Below, one piece after another: positions 38,857 through 48,537 of a stretch of 64,000 nucleotides of DNA. The position numbers and the translations under genes are program-made. This DNA is from Trichodelitschia bisporula. Taxonomy: Eukaryota. How positions within the stretch are numbered: position 1 is the stretch's first letter; the number at the start of each line of letters is the position of its first letter. The stretch lies in NCBI GenBank assembly GCA_010356995.1, contig ML996706.1:377789-441788 (forward strand). Reading direction: 5' to 3'. The notes beneath the pieces were generated by a model, which was not told the DNA's origin, made no database searches, and saw only the letters and a list, made by a program, of their open reading frames with translations.

Positions 38857-38895
38857 TAGAACTAGAACTATCCGTAGTACGCACTAGTTCTAGTT
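38857..38895. repeat. Copy 1 of a 22-nt direct repeat (TAGAACTAGAACTATCCGTAGT), overlapping an 11-bp inverted repeat
   Basis: 38857-38878 matches 43074-43095 at 20/22 positions. AACTAGAACTA (38860-38870) pairs with TAGTTCTAGTT (38885-38895). Confidence 0.8.
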
Positions 38896-39646
38896 TTAGC
38901 GAGCAAGACGCGGAGCGCGCCGGCTTGAGGCCGATGTGCAGCGCTGGACGGTTGCGGAGGGACGCACAGCGAGTTTGCTATGCGCGGAACGTCGCACCGC
39001 AGCGAGCAGCGGTAACGGCGGCGAAGGTGCAGGAGGGCGAGCGTGTCGAGGCAAATTCACGCAGTGCGGAAGATGGGCGAGGAGTTCGCGGGATGACGCG
39101 GGAGACGCGGCCAATGGCGAGCGGCGGAGAGTTGCCTTTTCAACGAGCGCCGAGCGTGCGGCGGGAAAGGCTGGCGGAACTACCGTAGAGCGACCGACAT
39201 ATTTTGTTTTTTTATGCCCCTGGTGTTGTGCCTTCTCCGAATTACTCTATCCAGCTGGTACGGGTATTCGTGATCGGCTGTCTTCGATACTTGGAACGGT
39301 TGATTGACTTGACGGTGAAGAGAGAAGGTTGAGAGTGGCCAATATTGGAATGGAATTGTAAGGCGGAGAGGCTCCCACTCCATGTGATGTGCCGGAGTAG
39401 AGCTCTGAAGTTGTGGAGCTGTGGAGCAGCGGAGGGGACGCACACTGCGCTACGCTCAGCGGCACATATCCTATTCCGGCGAGCGTCACGGGTGAGGCTG
39501 CATTTGCTTTGCATGCATATTTTTGCGCTTCCGGCCTGATGCATGTTGCGAGCAACAGTTGGAGGTCCAACGCGAATTTGAACGCGAATTGAGCCTCCGC
39601 ACCTATGCCGTTGACGGAGCCTCCGAGATTAGCCGTTGGGTTAACA

Positions 39647-39816
39647 GTTAGCATCATGTCGTCGTCGGAATCCCATACCACTTCACTCGCCAATATCCAC
39701 CATTGCGCCTGTTTCATCCAATCAGATTCCGGTCAGCATCGTGAAGTCTTCGGAATCCCCTCCCCACTTCCTCGCTAATGTCCACCATCGCGCCTGTCTC
39801 ATCCAATCACATTCGG
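39647..39816. repeat. Diverged 85-nt tandem duplication
   Basis: Units start at 39647 and 39732 and share AGCATC..TCGGAATCCC..CCACTTC..CTCGC..TCCACCAT.GCGCCTGT.TCATCCAATCA.ATTC. Confidence 0.85.
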
Positions 39817-40762
39817 GCCGCAACCTCGAAAACCTCATCTCCATCTCCCACCAACCACTCCCATCAACCACACCCATCCAACAGTCGAACCTCACACCCA
39901 AAACCCCCACGCTTGACGCCCTATATGAGGGTTTGTTAACATTCCCCACCTGCGGTTCGCTGATTCCACCACTGCCCGATAACAGCTAGTTATCCATTCC
40001 CTGCACTGCCGGTCTGCCTCGCTTGGGCGGCTTCTACCTTTCAAAATATGAGGATTGGCTGACTATTTCGTTGGGTCATGGCAATTCGCGTGCATCGGGC
40101 TACATAAACCGAAGGCGCATGCTTCGATGCATAGGAACTAGGCCCAGTTCATACCGGTCCAGTTCATACCGGTAAGGTTATGAGGATCTGGATAATACTG
40201 AACCCGCCCTTGAGCGCGGCATTGCGTGCGGCGTCCCTGCAAAGATCTTTCCAGCAAGGACCAAATTCGGGCGGCTTTGAGGTACCGTACGGGTACGACG
40301 GCAAACCGGCAAACCGATCGCGGGTGTCGATCACTATCGCCACCGCCTTGAAAAGGGATCTTTATAGGCATGTATAATTCAGATTCAAAAGCTGAAAATT
40401 CTATCAGTGTTATCACTTCTCTATTCTATTTCATCATCCAGGCGCAGCCCAAGGTTCACTCAGTGCTCACACGTTGCTTCTTAGAGCCCATCGCGCATCT
40501 ACAAGATCATTCACAAGGTAGCGGATTGGTCGCCTTGAGATGCCTTCCTATATTCAACGCCTGCTGGCGGCCTCCGGACCGATATTCAGCTGGCGTAAGT
40601 GACTCTTGGGCTCTCTCATCCTTGCATTCCTTTCTTGTAGAAGCCTTTCAGCCGCATAGCCTCGTCAAGCGCAAGCCTTAAAACGGAGAGAAGTAATGTT
40701 GCTGGAGACGCCAGACTTTCCAACACCAAAGTTGAGCTTCGAAATACTGACAGGTGCCCAAA

Positions 40763-42826
40763 ATGGATGCAGTATACAGAGCGAAGCCAGTGAACACAGA
40801 CCAAAAAGAACTGCGCCTCATCACAATTGATCCAACATCCACCGCCGAGCAGTTGAAATGCAACCTGGACACCTTTTCTTTGCTTGACACGACCCAGGCG
40901 TACAAGAATTTTCTCTCTGGTCAGGATCTTTCTGCAATCAGTCCCACAGCTGTCTTGAAAGCGTGGTGCGGAACGTGAAATATCAACAACTTTCCGGACG
41001 CCGCGCATCACAGATATCGATGGGGGGATTATGCTGCGTTATCATACGTATGGGGCAATCCCAAGGACACCATCGGCATTCTCGTCAACGGCGTCGAGAC
41101 TCAGGTTACCCGCAATCTTGCAGCGGCCTTGCGCAATCTCCTCGAAACAAATGAGTTTGGAGACCGATTCCGAGTCTGGGTCGATGCTTTGTGCATCAAC
41201 CAGAGCAACAATCAGGAGCGTAGTGAGCAAGTCGCTGTTATGCGGTTCTTCTACGTTGGTGCATGGCTAGTCATTGGATACTTGGGGCCGCAGGCGGATG
41301 CAAGCGACAAAGCTCTCGACCTCCTCGTCACTCTCGCAGAGATCGACGGCTCTCGTCAAAAGTGCGAGGAGCTGAGGGACGACATGATGCGGCAAAACTT
41401 CCAACACGTCCCAGGAAGCTAGCTGGCCCTGAATCGACTACTTCTACGCCCGTATTGGGAGCGACTATGGATTATGCAAGAACTCGTCCTGGGTGGCGCT
41501 CGCGTGGTGCTTATTTGCGGTTCAAAACGGATTACCTGGCAAACCTTTGCTCTCGGCATCGGCGTAATTCACTACCACCTTTGGGTGGTGAGGCATGGGG
41601 CTGTCGATCAAGACCGCCGAATGGAACCCGAAGAGCACAAAACACGCCCATGGAATGCAACCCCGCAGCTCGACCACGTTTACAAAGATCTGTGGACCTT
41701 GACTGAAGCCCAAGAGTCACAGTCAAAGGCGGCGAAGCTCACGAGGCTCTTAGAGATTGCAAGTTCATGCAACTGCTTCGATGATCGGGACAGGGTTTAC
41801 GGCATGCTCGGCATTATGGATTCCAAGCTAGCCAGCGCTATTCAACCCGACTATGCAAACGATGCTGCCACGGCATTCACCGAAGCTGCAAAGGCCTACG
41901 TATCTGCGTACAATGATCTCGAACTGCTTCGGGATGCCAACACATGGGGCAAAGCTGGTGCTTCATCATGGGTTCCTGATTGGACCTGGACTGGACGAAG
42001 TCGTGACTGCCAGCCAGATGACAATTTCCAACCAGAAAAATCCAACGTCTCAAAGGAAAACCGATCATACCGTGCAGACAGAGGTCTCCAGGTCGAGGTG
42101 CCCAAATTTAGCGGCCGCAACCTTGGATGTCAAGTAGTGATATTCGACTCTGTCGATGGCCTCGGTTGCAACCCGGAGAGACCAGGGGCGAACCCTGACC
42201 TTGTTCAATCGCGAGGAACGAAAAGTGCATACGGAAATTTTGAAGAGACGTCCAGACAACTTGAGATTGCGCTCTATACTAGCCGACGGCGAGGCGAACC
42301 ACGTGCGCTTGTCCTTTTAAACCTGCCGCTTACCATGGAAGAAGGCAAGAGGCAATTTCCAGAGGCGGGATTCGAGCAGTTCACGCAAGACTTGTTTCAC
42401 TACCATCGATGGACAGCTTGGTATGAGAGCAATGCGTCTCTGTTCGTGGGAGGGCGAGAGCTCCGGGAATACTTTACTGGGAAAATTCCAGACGACTCGG
42501 ATGTGGTGGATTACTGGTCAGCCTACCAAGGATGGGTAAGAACAGCACTGGCTGGGTGCAGGCGACTAGTAACAACAAAGGCCGGTCGATTGGGATGGGC
42601 TTTCTGTGCTAGGGGCGCTGAACCAAATGGTGGAGGAGAGGTACGCAGGGGAGACTTGTTCGCTATCTTTCCGGGCTGCTCAACACCGATATTGCTTCGT
42701 TCTACGAATGATGAAGACAAATTCGAAGTCGTCGGGGAAACTTATGTGCAAGGAATGATGGAAGGTGAAATTCAGGAACTGTTGGCAAGGAAGGAATGCC
42801 AGTTGCAAGATGTTTGGCTTTGCTAA
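40763..42826 (+). pseudogene. HET-domain (HET-6-like heterokaryon incompatibility) gene with two in-frame premature stops
   Basis: ORFs 40754, 41129 and 41474 share one frame: ELRLITI, YAALSYVWG, VTRNLAAALR, VWVDALCINQ, ERSEQVAVM..FY, RPYWERLWIMQE, DDRDRVYGMLG, SWVPDW, GCSTPILLR, VVGETYVQGMMEGE. Stops are TGA 40976-40978 and TAG 41420-41422. Confidence 0.88.
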
Positions 42827-43073
42827 CTGGAATGGCTTCGAGGTGTGCGTTGGCAAACGGTTGTGGTGTTCAACTTGTTTGTGGATAATTCTATCATTCT
42901 GTCTCTGTACCCGTACCCTCGATGTCACCTTTGCGTTCCGTGCACTTTCAACAGAAGAAATTACAATTATGGATGCTGCATACATCCGTATCGTGATCTG
43001 TGATATTCTGGTTGAAGCGCGGCAGGTTACAGTAATGCAGGTGGTGGCAGTCCGAGAGGTTAGAACTACGAAT

Positions 43074-43095
43074 TAGAACTAGAACCACCCGTAGT
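43074..43095. repeat. Copy 2 of the 22-nt direct repeat (TAGAACTAGAACCACCCGTAGT)
   Basis: 20/22 identical to 38857-38878; preceded by another TAGAACTA at 43061. Confidence 0.8.
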
Positions 43096-43424
43096 GCCCC
43101 GATCCCCCGATCCCTCAAAATAAAATTCTCGTCACAACCTCACACACCGCAAATCCACCGCAACAGTTCCCAGCCCGCCACACCATCTTCGCCGCATCCC
43201 TCTTCGCGTTCCCGCAGACGCCCGAGGCGCACACGCAATCACGAACCCGCGTTCGCCGGAACCGAAGGTGCGTGATGAGGCTTGCCCGGCCTGTGCTCTG
43301 CGCCTATCTGGTGGCGAGCATCGACGCATCAACGTCATACCGACCTCGCGTGTCTCACCAGCGCGCGGCTACATATGTCGTTACAATGGAGCCCCCTCAC
43401 TAACCGCATGGTGCAGCCCCCGGA

Positions 43425-44686
43425 ATGGAGCAGGGGCATCATCACGACACCCACGCCCTCCCGCCGAAGCATATCCAAAATGCGTACGCGCACTACAACA
43501 AGGTCAAGCGTGCGGCATTGGATGCGGATCCCCGGGTCTTGGATTTTAACCGCGGGTTGACGGCAGAGCAGACTGCGGCTCTGCGGCCGGCGTTTACCAT
43601 CCCCGCGGATACGCTCAGGGATGCGTGTATTGCGTTTCGGGAAGAGGTAGGGGGTGAGGTTGAAGATGGTGAGGATGGACTGCAGGGCCTGAGCGATGCA
43701 CTGGTGTATGAACATCGCGAGTTTCCCGGTACGTTGAAGCCTACGGGATTAATTTTGCCCAAGGGGGCGAAGTGATATCAAGCGGCTTCATCAAAAGGGA
43801 CTAACGCCCACCAGGCCTGCACATCGCCCCGTCACTCCTCTCACTCGAAACGCAAATCCAATTCGTATCCCAAATCCTACACACCCACCTCGCAAACCCG
43901 GAGCACACCAACAGCCTAACCGCGGACTACACCATCCCCTTCCCCCCGCCCATGGACCCCTCCTCCTCCTCCCCCAACGCCTCCTTCTTCACCTACCCAC
44001 CCAACCCCACCACCCAGCAAACCCAGTCTATCCCGCAAACCCTAACCCGCCTCCCCACCGCCGCCCCCTCTTTACCCCAATCCCTAAACCCCGCGCAATT
44101 CCTCTCCCGCAAACTCCGCTGGCTCACCCTGGGCACGCAATACCACTGGCCAACCCGCTCCTACCCCACCACCGGCACTGCCTTCCCCCCCGCCCTCACC
44201 CACCTCGTCCAAGCGCTCTTCCCCGCCTTGAAGCCGGAGAGCGGTGTCGTCCTCCTGTACGGCGCCAAGGACTGGATGCCCGTCCACCGTGATGTGAGTG
44301 AGGTGTGTGTGCGTCCGCTGGCGAGCTTCTCGTTTGGGTGTGAGGGGATCTTTGTTATAGCTCGCGACGAGGCTCGCGAAGGGGAAGGCGAAGCGGCAGC
44401 CGAAGCCGAAGCCGAAGGGGATGCCGCGGACGGGTCCGAGTCCGAGCCCTGGGACGCCCACGTTCTCACCATCCGCGTCCGCTCCGGCGACGCCCTGTTC
44501 CTCGACGGTGCAGCGCGGTGGGCCTGGCACGCCATGCCGCGCACGCTCCCGGGCACATGTCCGGCAAAACTGGCGGACTGGCCGGTGGGAAGTGAGCGGG
44601 ACGGGAAGGAGGGGAGGGCGTATGAGCGGTGGAGGGGGTACATGGGGGGGAAGAGGGTGAATGTTAGTTGTCGGCAGGTGTGGTAG
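43425..44686 (+). CDS. AlkB-family 2OG-Fe(II) dioxygenase (ALKBH1/Abh1-like), 2 exons
   Basis: Intron 43729-43814 gives FPGLHIAPSLL. KLRWLTLGTQYHW, HxD (VHRDVSE), VRSGD, WAWHAMPR, KRVNVSCRQVW. Confidence 0.9.
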
Positions 44687-45637
44687 GGTGGCATGTGTGT
44701 GGATGGAGGGGGAGAAGGATAAGGATGGGGATGGGTCCGCGATGGCAAGACCGAGGACTGCCCTAACACTTGTGGCTGCCGTTCCTGTGCGTCTCTGCGT
44801 ATGGGGAGGGCATGGCCTTTTTGGGTGGCCCTTGGACGAGTGTGCGACCAGGGGCTGACGATGGGAGTGTCGCAATTGGCGCAGTGGTCAGCCGCGCGCG
44901 TCACGTTGCGATATATCGCCATGCCATGCCATGCCATGCCTCGCTCCCGCAATGCAAAATCACAGCTGCATTTAAGGCCTCCCGATCTCTATCGTACTGT
45001 GGTCGTCGACATTTGGGGGTCGAAACTTGGCGATGCAGCCGGGTCCAGACAAGGCTTTCTCAGCCTTCCATCGCGGCAACGGGAGTTACCGCTCTTGGAC
45101 ATCAACGCCCTTTGCTTGGAACTTCTTGGGACATGCTTGGCCTGTTTACCTATAGGACCGAGCATCCTGTGATGTCTCCAGCTGTTTTCAGCTCTGTTCT
45201 TGGAAATGCGGCAAGAAGACGTGGTCATTTTCGTTTGAAGGGAGGGAAGAGGGGAGGTTATGGCGACATATGGGGGTTTCTGGGGGGGCAGCGCCGGGCG
45301 TTAGTCTTTGCCGCTGATGCTTTGCGATGCTACCCACAACCAACCAACTGACTCGCCTATATCAACAGCGGAGTGCTCTCCGTATACACTTCCCGAAGCA
45401 TAACGACATGGCATCGCGACATTCCTTGGTATGCATCCAGCCCCTCTTGGCCGCCATCCACATCCTCCCAAATAGTCCAATTATGCGAAAGCTGAGTATC
45501 AACCAGATCCCTCAACTCGCTTCGCCCTCCGCCTGATCCCCAGCTGGCTCCGGGGTCGAGGGACATAAGATGGCGAAGCACTCTCAAGCATCTTAGCGTC
45601 CCCCTCTCCAGATCTTGCCCCCTCACGCATCCCCGCC

Positions 45638-47107
45638 ATGGCTTCCTCCACCGAGTACTTCCCTATGACCAAACAAGGAGTCGTTGTCGAAGAAGACAAG
45701 GTCGGGCTGCTCCCCGCCGGCGGACAGGGCTACATCCGCTTCATGCCAAAGCCGTGGCCGCTCTGGAAAAAGGCCCTCGCAACGCTGGGCACACTCCTCC
45801 TCGCCCTCCTCCTCTTCGCCGGCGGCATGCTCCTCCAATGGCGCGCCACGCCCCTCCCCTCGCGCCGCGCCGCATCGGAAGCAAAAAACTCCACGGAACT
45901 CCTCCTCGCCTCCCTCGCCCCACCGTCCAAATTTATCCAACCCGGGCTACGCGGCACAAACGCCAACTCTGAGTTCATTAACAACTCCCCAGGATTCAAC
46001 CTCGTCCGCCCCAACGCCGCGCAGTTCGAAGCCGGCCGGCTGAACCCACAGGCAACGATCTTCCTCCCTGGCGGCACACCCCCAGGCTGCGTATACGAGT
46101 TCCAGCCCCAGCTCGGGTTCGACGGCAGCGCGCCGAAGGGCGTACTGCTCAACCCAGGCGTGCCCCTGCGCCGCGACGATATCCTGCAAGTCAACGTCGG
46201 GGACTGCGGACTGGGCGCCGCGGTGCTGGCCATCATCGCGGCAGGCATGGGGGAGCAGCTTGAGCGGCGGCTGGTGCGGCCGGCCGGCGCCGCATTTCTA
46301 CAGGCCACATTCGACGTACCGGGCCTTAGCAGCGCGGCCCTGCCCGGACGCACGGTGCGCACGACCACGCCTGTGACACTGCGGATTGACGATGCGCTGC
46401 CGGTGGCGCGGGCGGGCACCGGGTGCTCGGCGAGTCACCTGGGGTTTGTGGGGAGTACGGGGCCGCCGCCCGTGCTGTTCATGCCGCTGCTCGAGAAGGC
46501 GGTGGCCAAGTTCCTTGACCTGCACCCGGAGTTTCGCGTCGCGGATGGGTTCGGGTATGCGGGGCTGGAGGGCATCCGGCCCGCGAAGGCGATTGCGGCC
46601 CTTACCGGGTTTGAGTCGCGGGAGGTGAGCCGGAAGAAGCCGGAGTTTGATGACGATATCACGCTGGCGCTGTTTAATTGCATTCAGCTGGCCATGCCGT
46701 GTGTTGTGGCCACAACTAATGCGCTGACGCTAGCGGGACTGGGGAATGGGGTTCCGCAGACGGCGCCGGGGACGACAGGGGTGATTGTCAGCGGGGACGC
46801 TGGCGTGTTGGCAACGACGTCGAACCCGGCCTATTACTTCGTGATCGATCCTGTAGCTCCGGTGGCCAAGGCGCGCGCTTGGGTGGGCAACCATGCGTAC
46901 GCAATTGACCACGAGAAGACACCGCGGATCGACGGGGAGGAAGTGACGCTGGAGAATGCGGTGGTAACGCTGAGGAATCCATGGGGCTTTAATCCCGTCG
47001 CAACTAATGTGGAGGTGATTGAGCCGGATGGCACGTTTGAGATTAGCTTTAAGGCGCTTGCGATTTCGGTTGACTCTGTAGGCTTTGGCTCACCATTTAT
47101 CGACTGA
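45638..47107 (+). CDS. Calpain-like (peptidase C2) cysteine protease with N-terminal membrane anchor, intronless
   Basis: QVNVGDC (catalytic Cys), PLLEKAVAK, GYAGLEG...ALTG, NHAYAI (His), LRNPWG (Asn). Hydrophobic segment ALATLGTLLLALLLFAGGMLL near the N-terminus. Confidence 0.85.
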   Translation: MASSTEYFPMTKQGVVVEEDKVGLLPAGGQGYIRFMPKPWPLWKKALATLGTLLLALLLFAGGMLLQWRATPLPSRRAASEAKNSTELLLASLAPPSKFIQPGLRGTNANSEFINNSPGFNLVRPNAAQFEAGRLNPQATIFLPGGTPPGCVYEFQPQLGFDGSAPKGVLLNPGVPLRRDDILQVNVGDCGLGAAVLAIIAAGMGEQLERRLVRPAGAAFLQATFDVPGLSSAALPGRTVRTTTPVTLRIDDALPVARAGTGCSASHLGFVGSTGPPPVLFMPLLEKAVAKFLDLHPEFRVADGFGYAGLEGIRPAKAIAALTGFESREVSRKKPEFDDDITLALFNCIQLAMPCVVATTNALTLAGLGNGVPQTAPGTTGVIVSGDAGVLATTSNPAYYFVIDPVAPVAKARAWVGNHAYAIDHEKTPRIDGEEVTLENAVVTLRNPWGFNPVATNVEVIEPDGTFEISFKALAISVDSVGFGSPFID

Positions 47108-47635
47108 CAGGGTGAGAGCTGGTTGGAAATATGACGACTTTTGCACAGATGCGTGTTTACTCGGTTGAACTAAGGCGCTAGAAACAAAGTGCTGGCCCAT
47201 AATTGCTGATGGGAGCAACGCTCTATCGCGTGCAACGGCAACTGTGTAAACTGAAGATTGAAGAAGAAGACAAAATAGAGGGCGAGTGGAAGAGACTCTC
47301 GAGACTTAAATACGCGATGCTAAGTATTCTCCTTTGCACCTTCTGTCATGCGCTCATTACATCGTGTCTCTTCGGTATGATGCCAGGCACATGATGTGTT
47401 CCTGTTGTACCATTCACTTTGCGGGGAGCAGCCCGTTGCCAGGTGGGTTTGCCGAAACGGACTCTGTCCCATCCACAGACGCTGCCTCATTAGACGGTAA
47501 AGCAAATCAGAAAAACATAAGCATTCAATTTCTTAAGCAGATAACTCGCTTCTACGGCCGTTACTATTCAATTTGGTTCATCCCATCTTCAAGTTGACAA
47601 TTTGATCCCATCACACCGCTCCTCACGAGAGCCAC

Positions 47636-48537
47636 TCAGAGCCTCTCCGTGCGCCGCTCGCTCACCTTCTCCGTAAAGCTGCCAGCTCTCGCCTTCGGCT
47701 CACGGACCATGATATCCAGCTCCACATTCTCATCCGTACGCTGCAAATGGATCTTCTTGCGAATCGCAAAGCCCATCTTCGCATAAATCTTCGGATTGAC
47801 ATCGTTGCTGCTCTCAAGGTAGCATGGACAGCCTTCGACATCCGCCATGCGAGTAACGTCTTCAACGAGCTTGCGCGCGTAGCCGCGGCCGCGGGCTTCG
47901 GGCCGCGTGCCCAGGTACACCAGGTACCAGGAGTCGTCGTCGCGCGGGCCGAGCACCGAGGCCTTGGTGTCGTGCAGCAGGGGCATGAACTCGGTGAAGA
48001 AGCGCTTCTTACCCTCCGGGGACAGGCGGTAGCGCAGGCGCCACAGGCCGCTGCGGAACTCGGTGAGCCGGTCGTCCATGTTCTGGCCGGGAGGCATCCT
48101 AGGGGGAGCACGTCAGTAAAGAAAGTCGGTCGGTTAGCGAGTGCTCAGCCTTACCAGAGTGCTACGGCACCAAAGTTTGGACCCACGGTCGTCACAAGCC
48201 CCTTCAGGCAGTGAGCATACGTCATGTACTCCATGATCTCGAGGTGCAGGTCCCACTTCTGCTCCTCGGTCCAGTCAGCCCGGTCGGGCGTGTCTATAAA
48301 GTAACGAGCGACATGGTCCGTTTCAAAGGCCTTGGCCAGCGAGAGTGCCGCTTCCTTGTACTCTTCGATTGGCACAATGCGGACATTCTCATCGCTGGCG
48401 GAGGAGGCCTGGGGAACGGGTTTCGCCCCGGTCGCTACGCCATTGACACGCACGGAGAGTGTGACACCCGCAAAAGATGCAGGATTCAAGGCAGACTTGG
48501 GTTCGGAAATTGACGTGACAGCATAACCGGCATCCAT
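47636..48537 (-). CDS. GNAT-family N-acetyltransferase (2 exons)
   Basis: AALSLAKAF, GPNFGAVALW|MPPG across an intron near 48099-48154, WYLVYLGTRPEARGRGYA, PCYLESSN, IYAKMGF. Confidence 0.9.

Noticed and set aside
40184..40197. GATCTGGATAATAC resembling the P4/P5 region of a fungal TPP riboswitch
   Set aside because: No upstream CTGAGA motif, no following CAGCG to close P5, and no thiamine gene nearby.
44917..44940. (GCCAT)n microsatellite; also the GAGACA run near 20200 and a 15-nt duplication near 40143
   Set aside because: Ordinary short simple repeats with no further structure.
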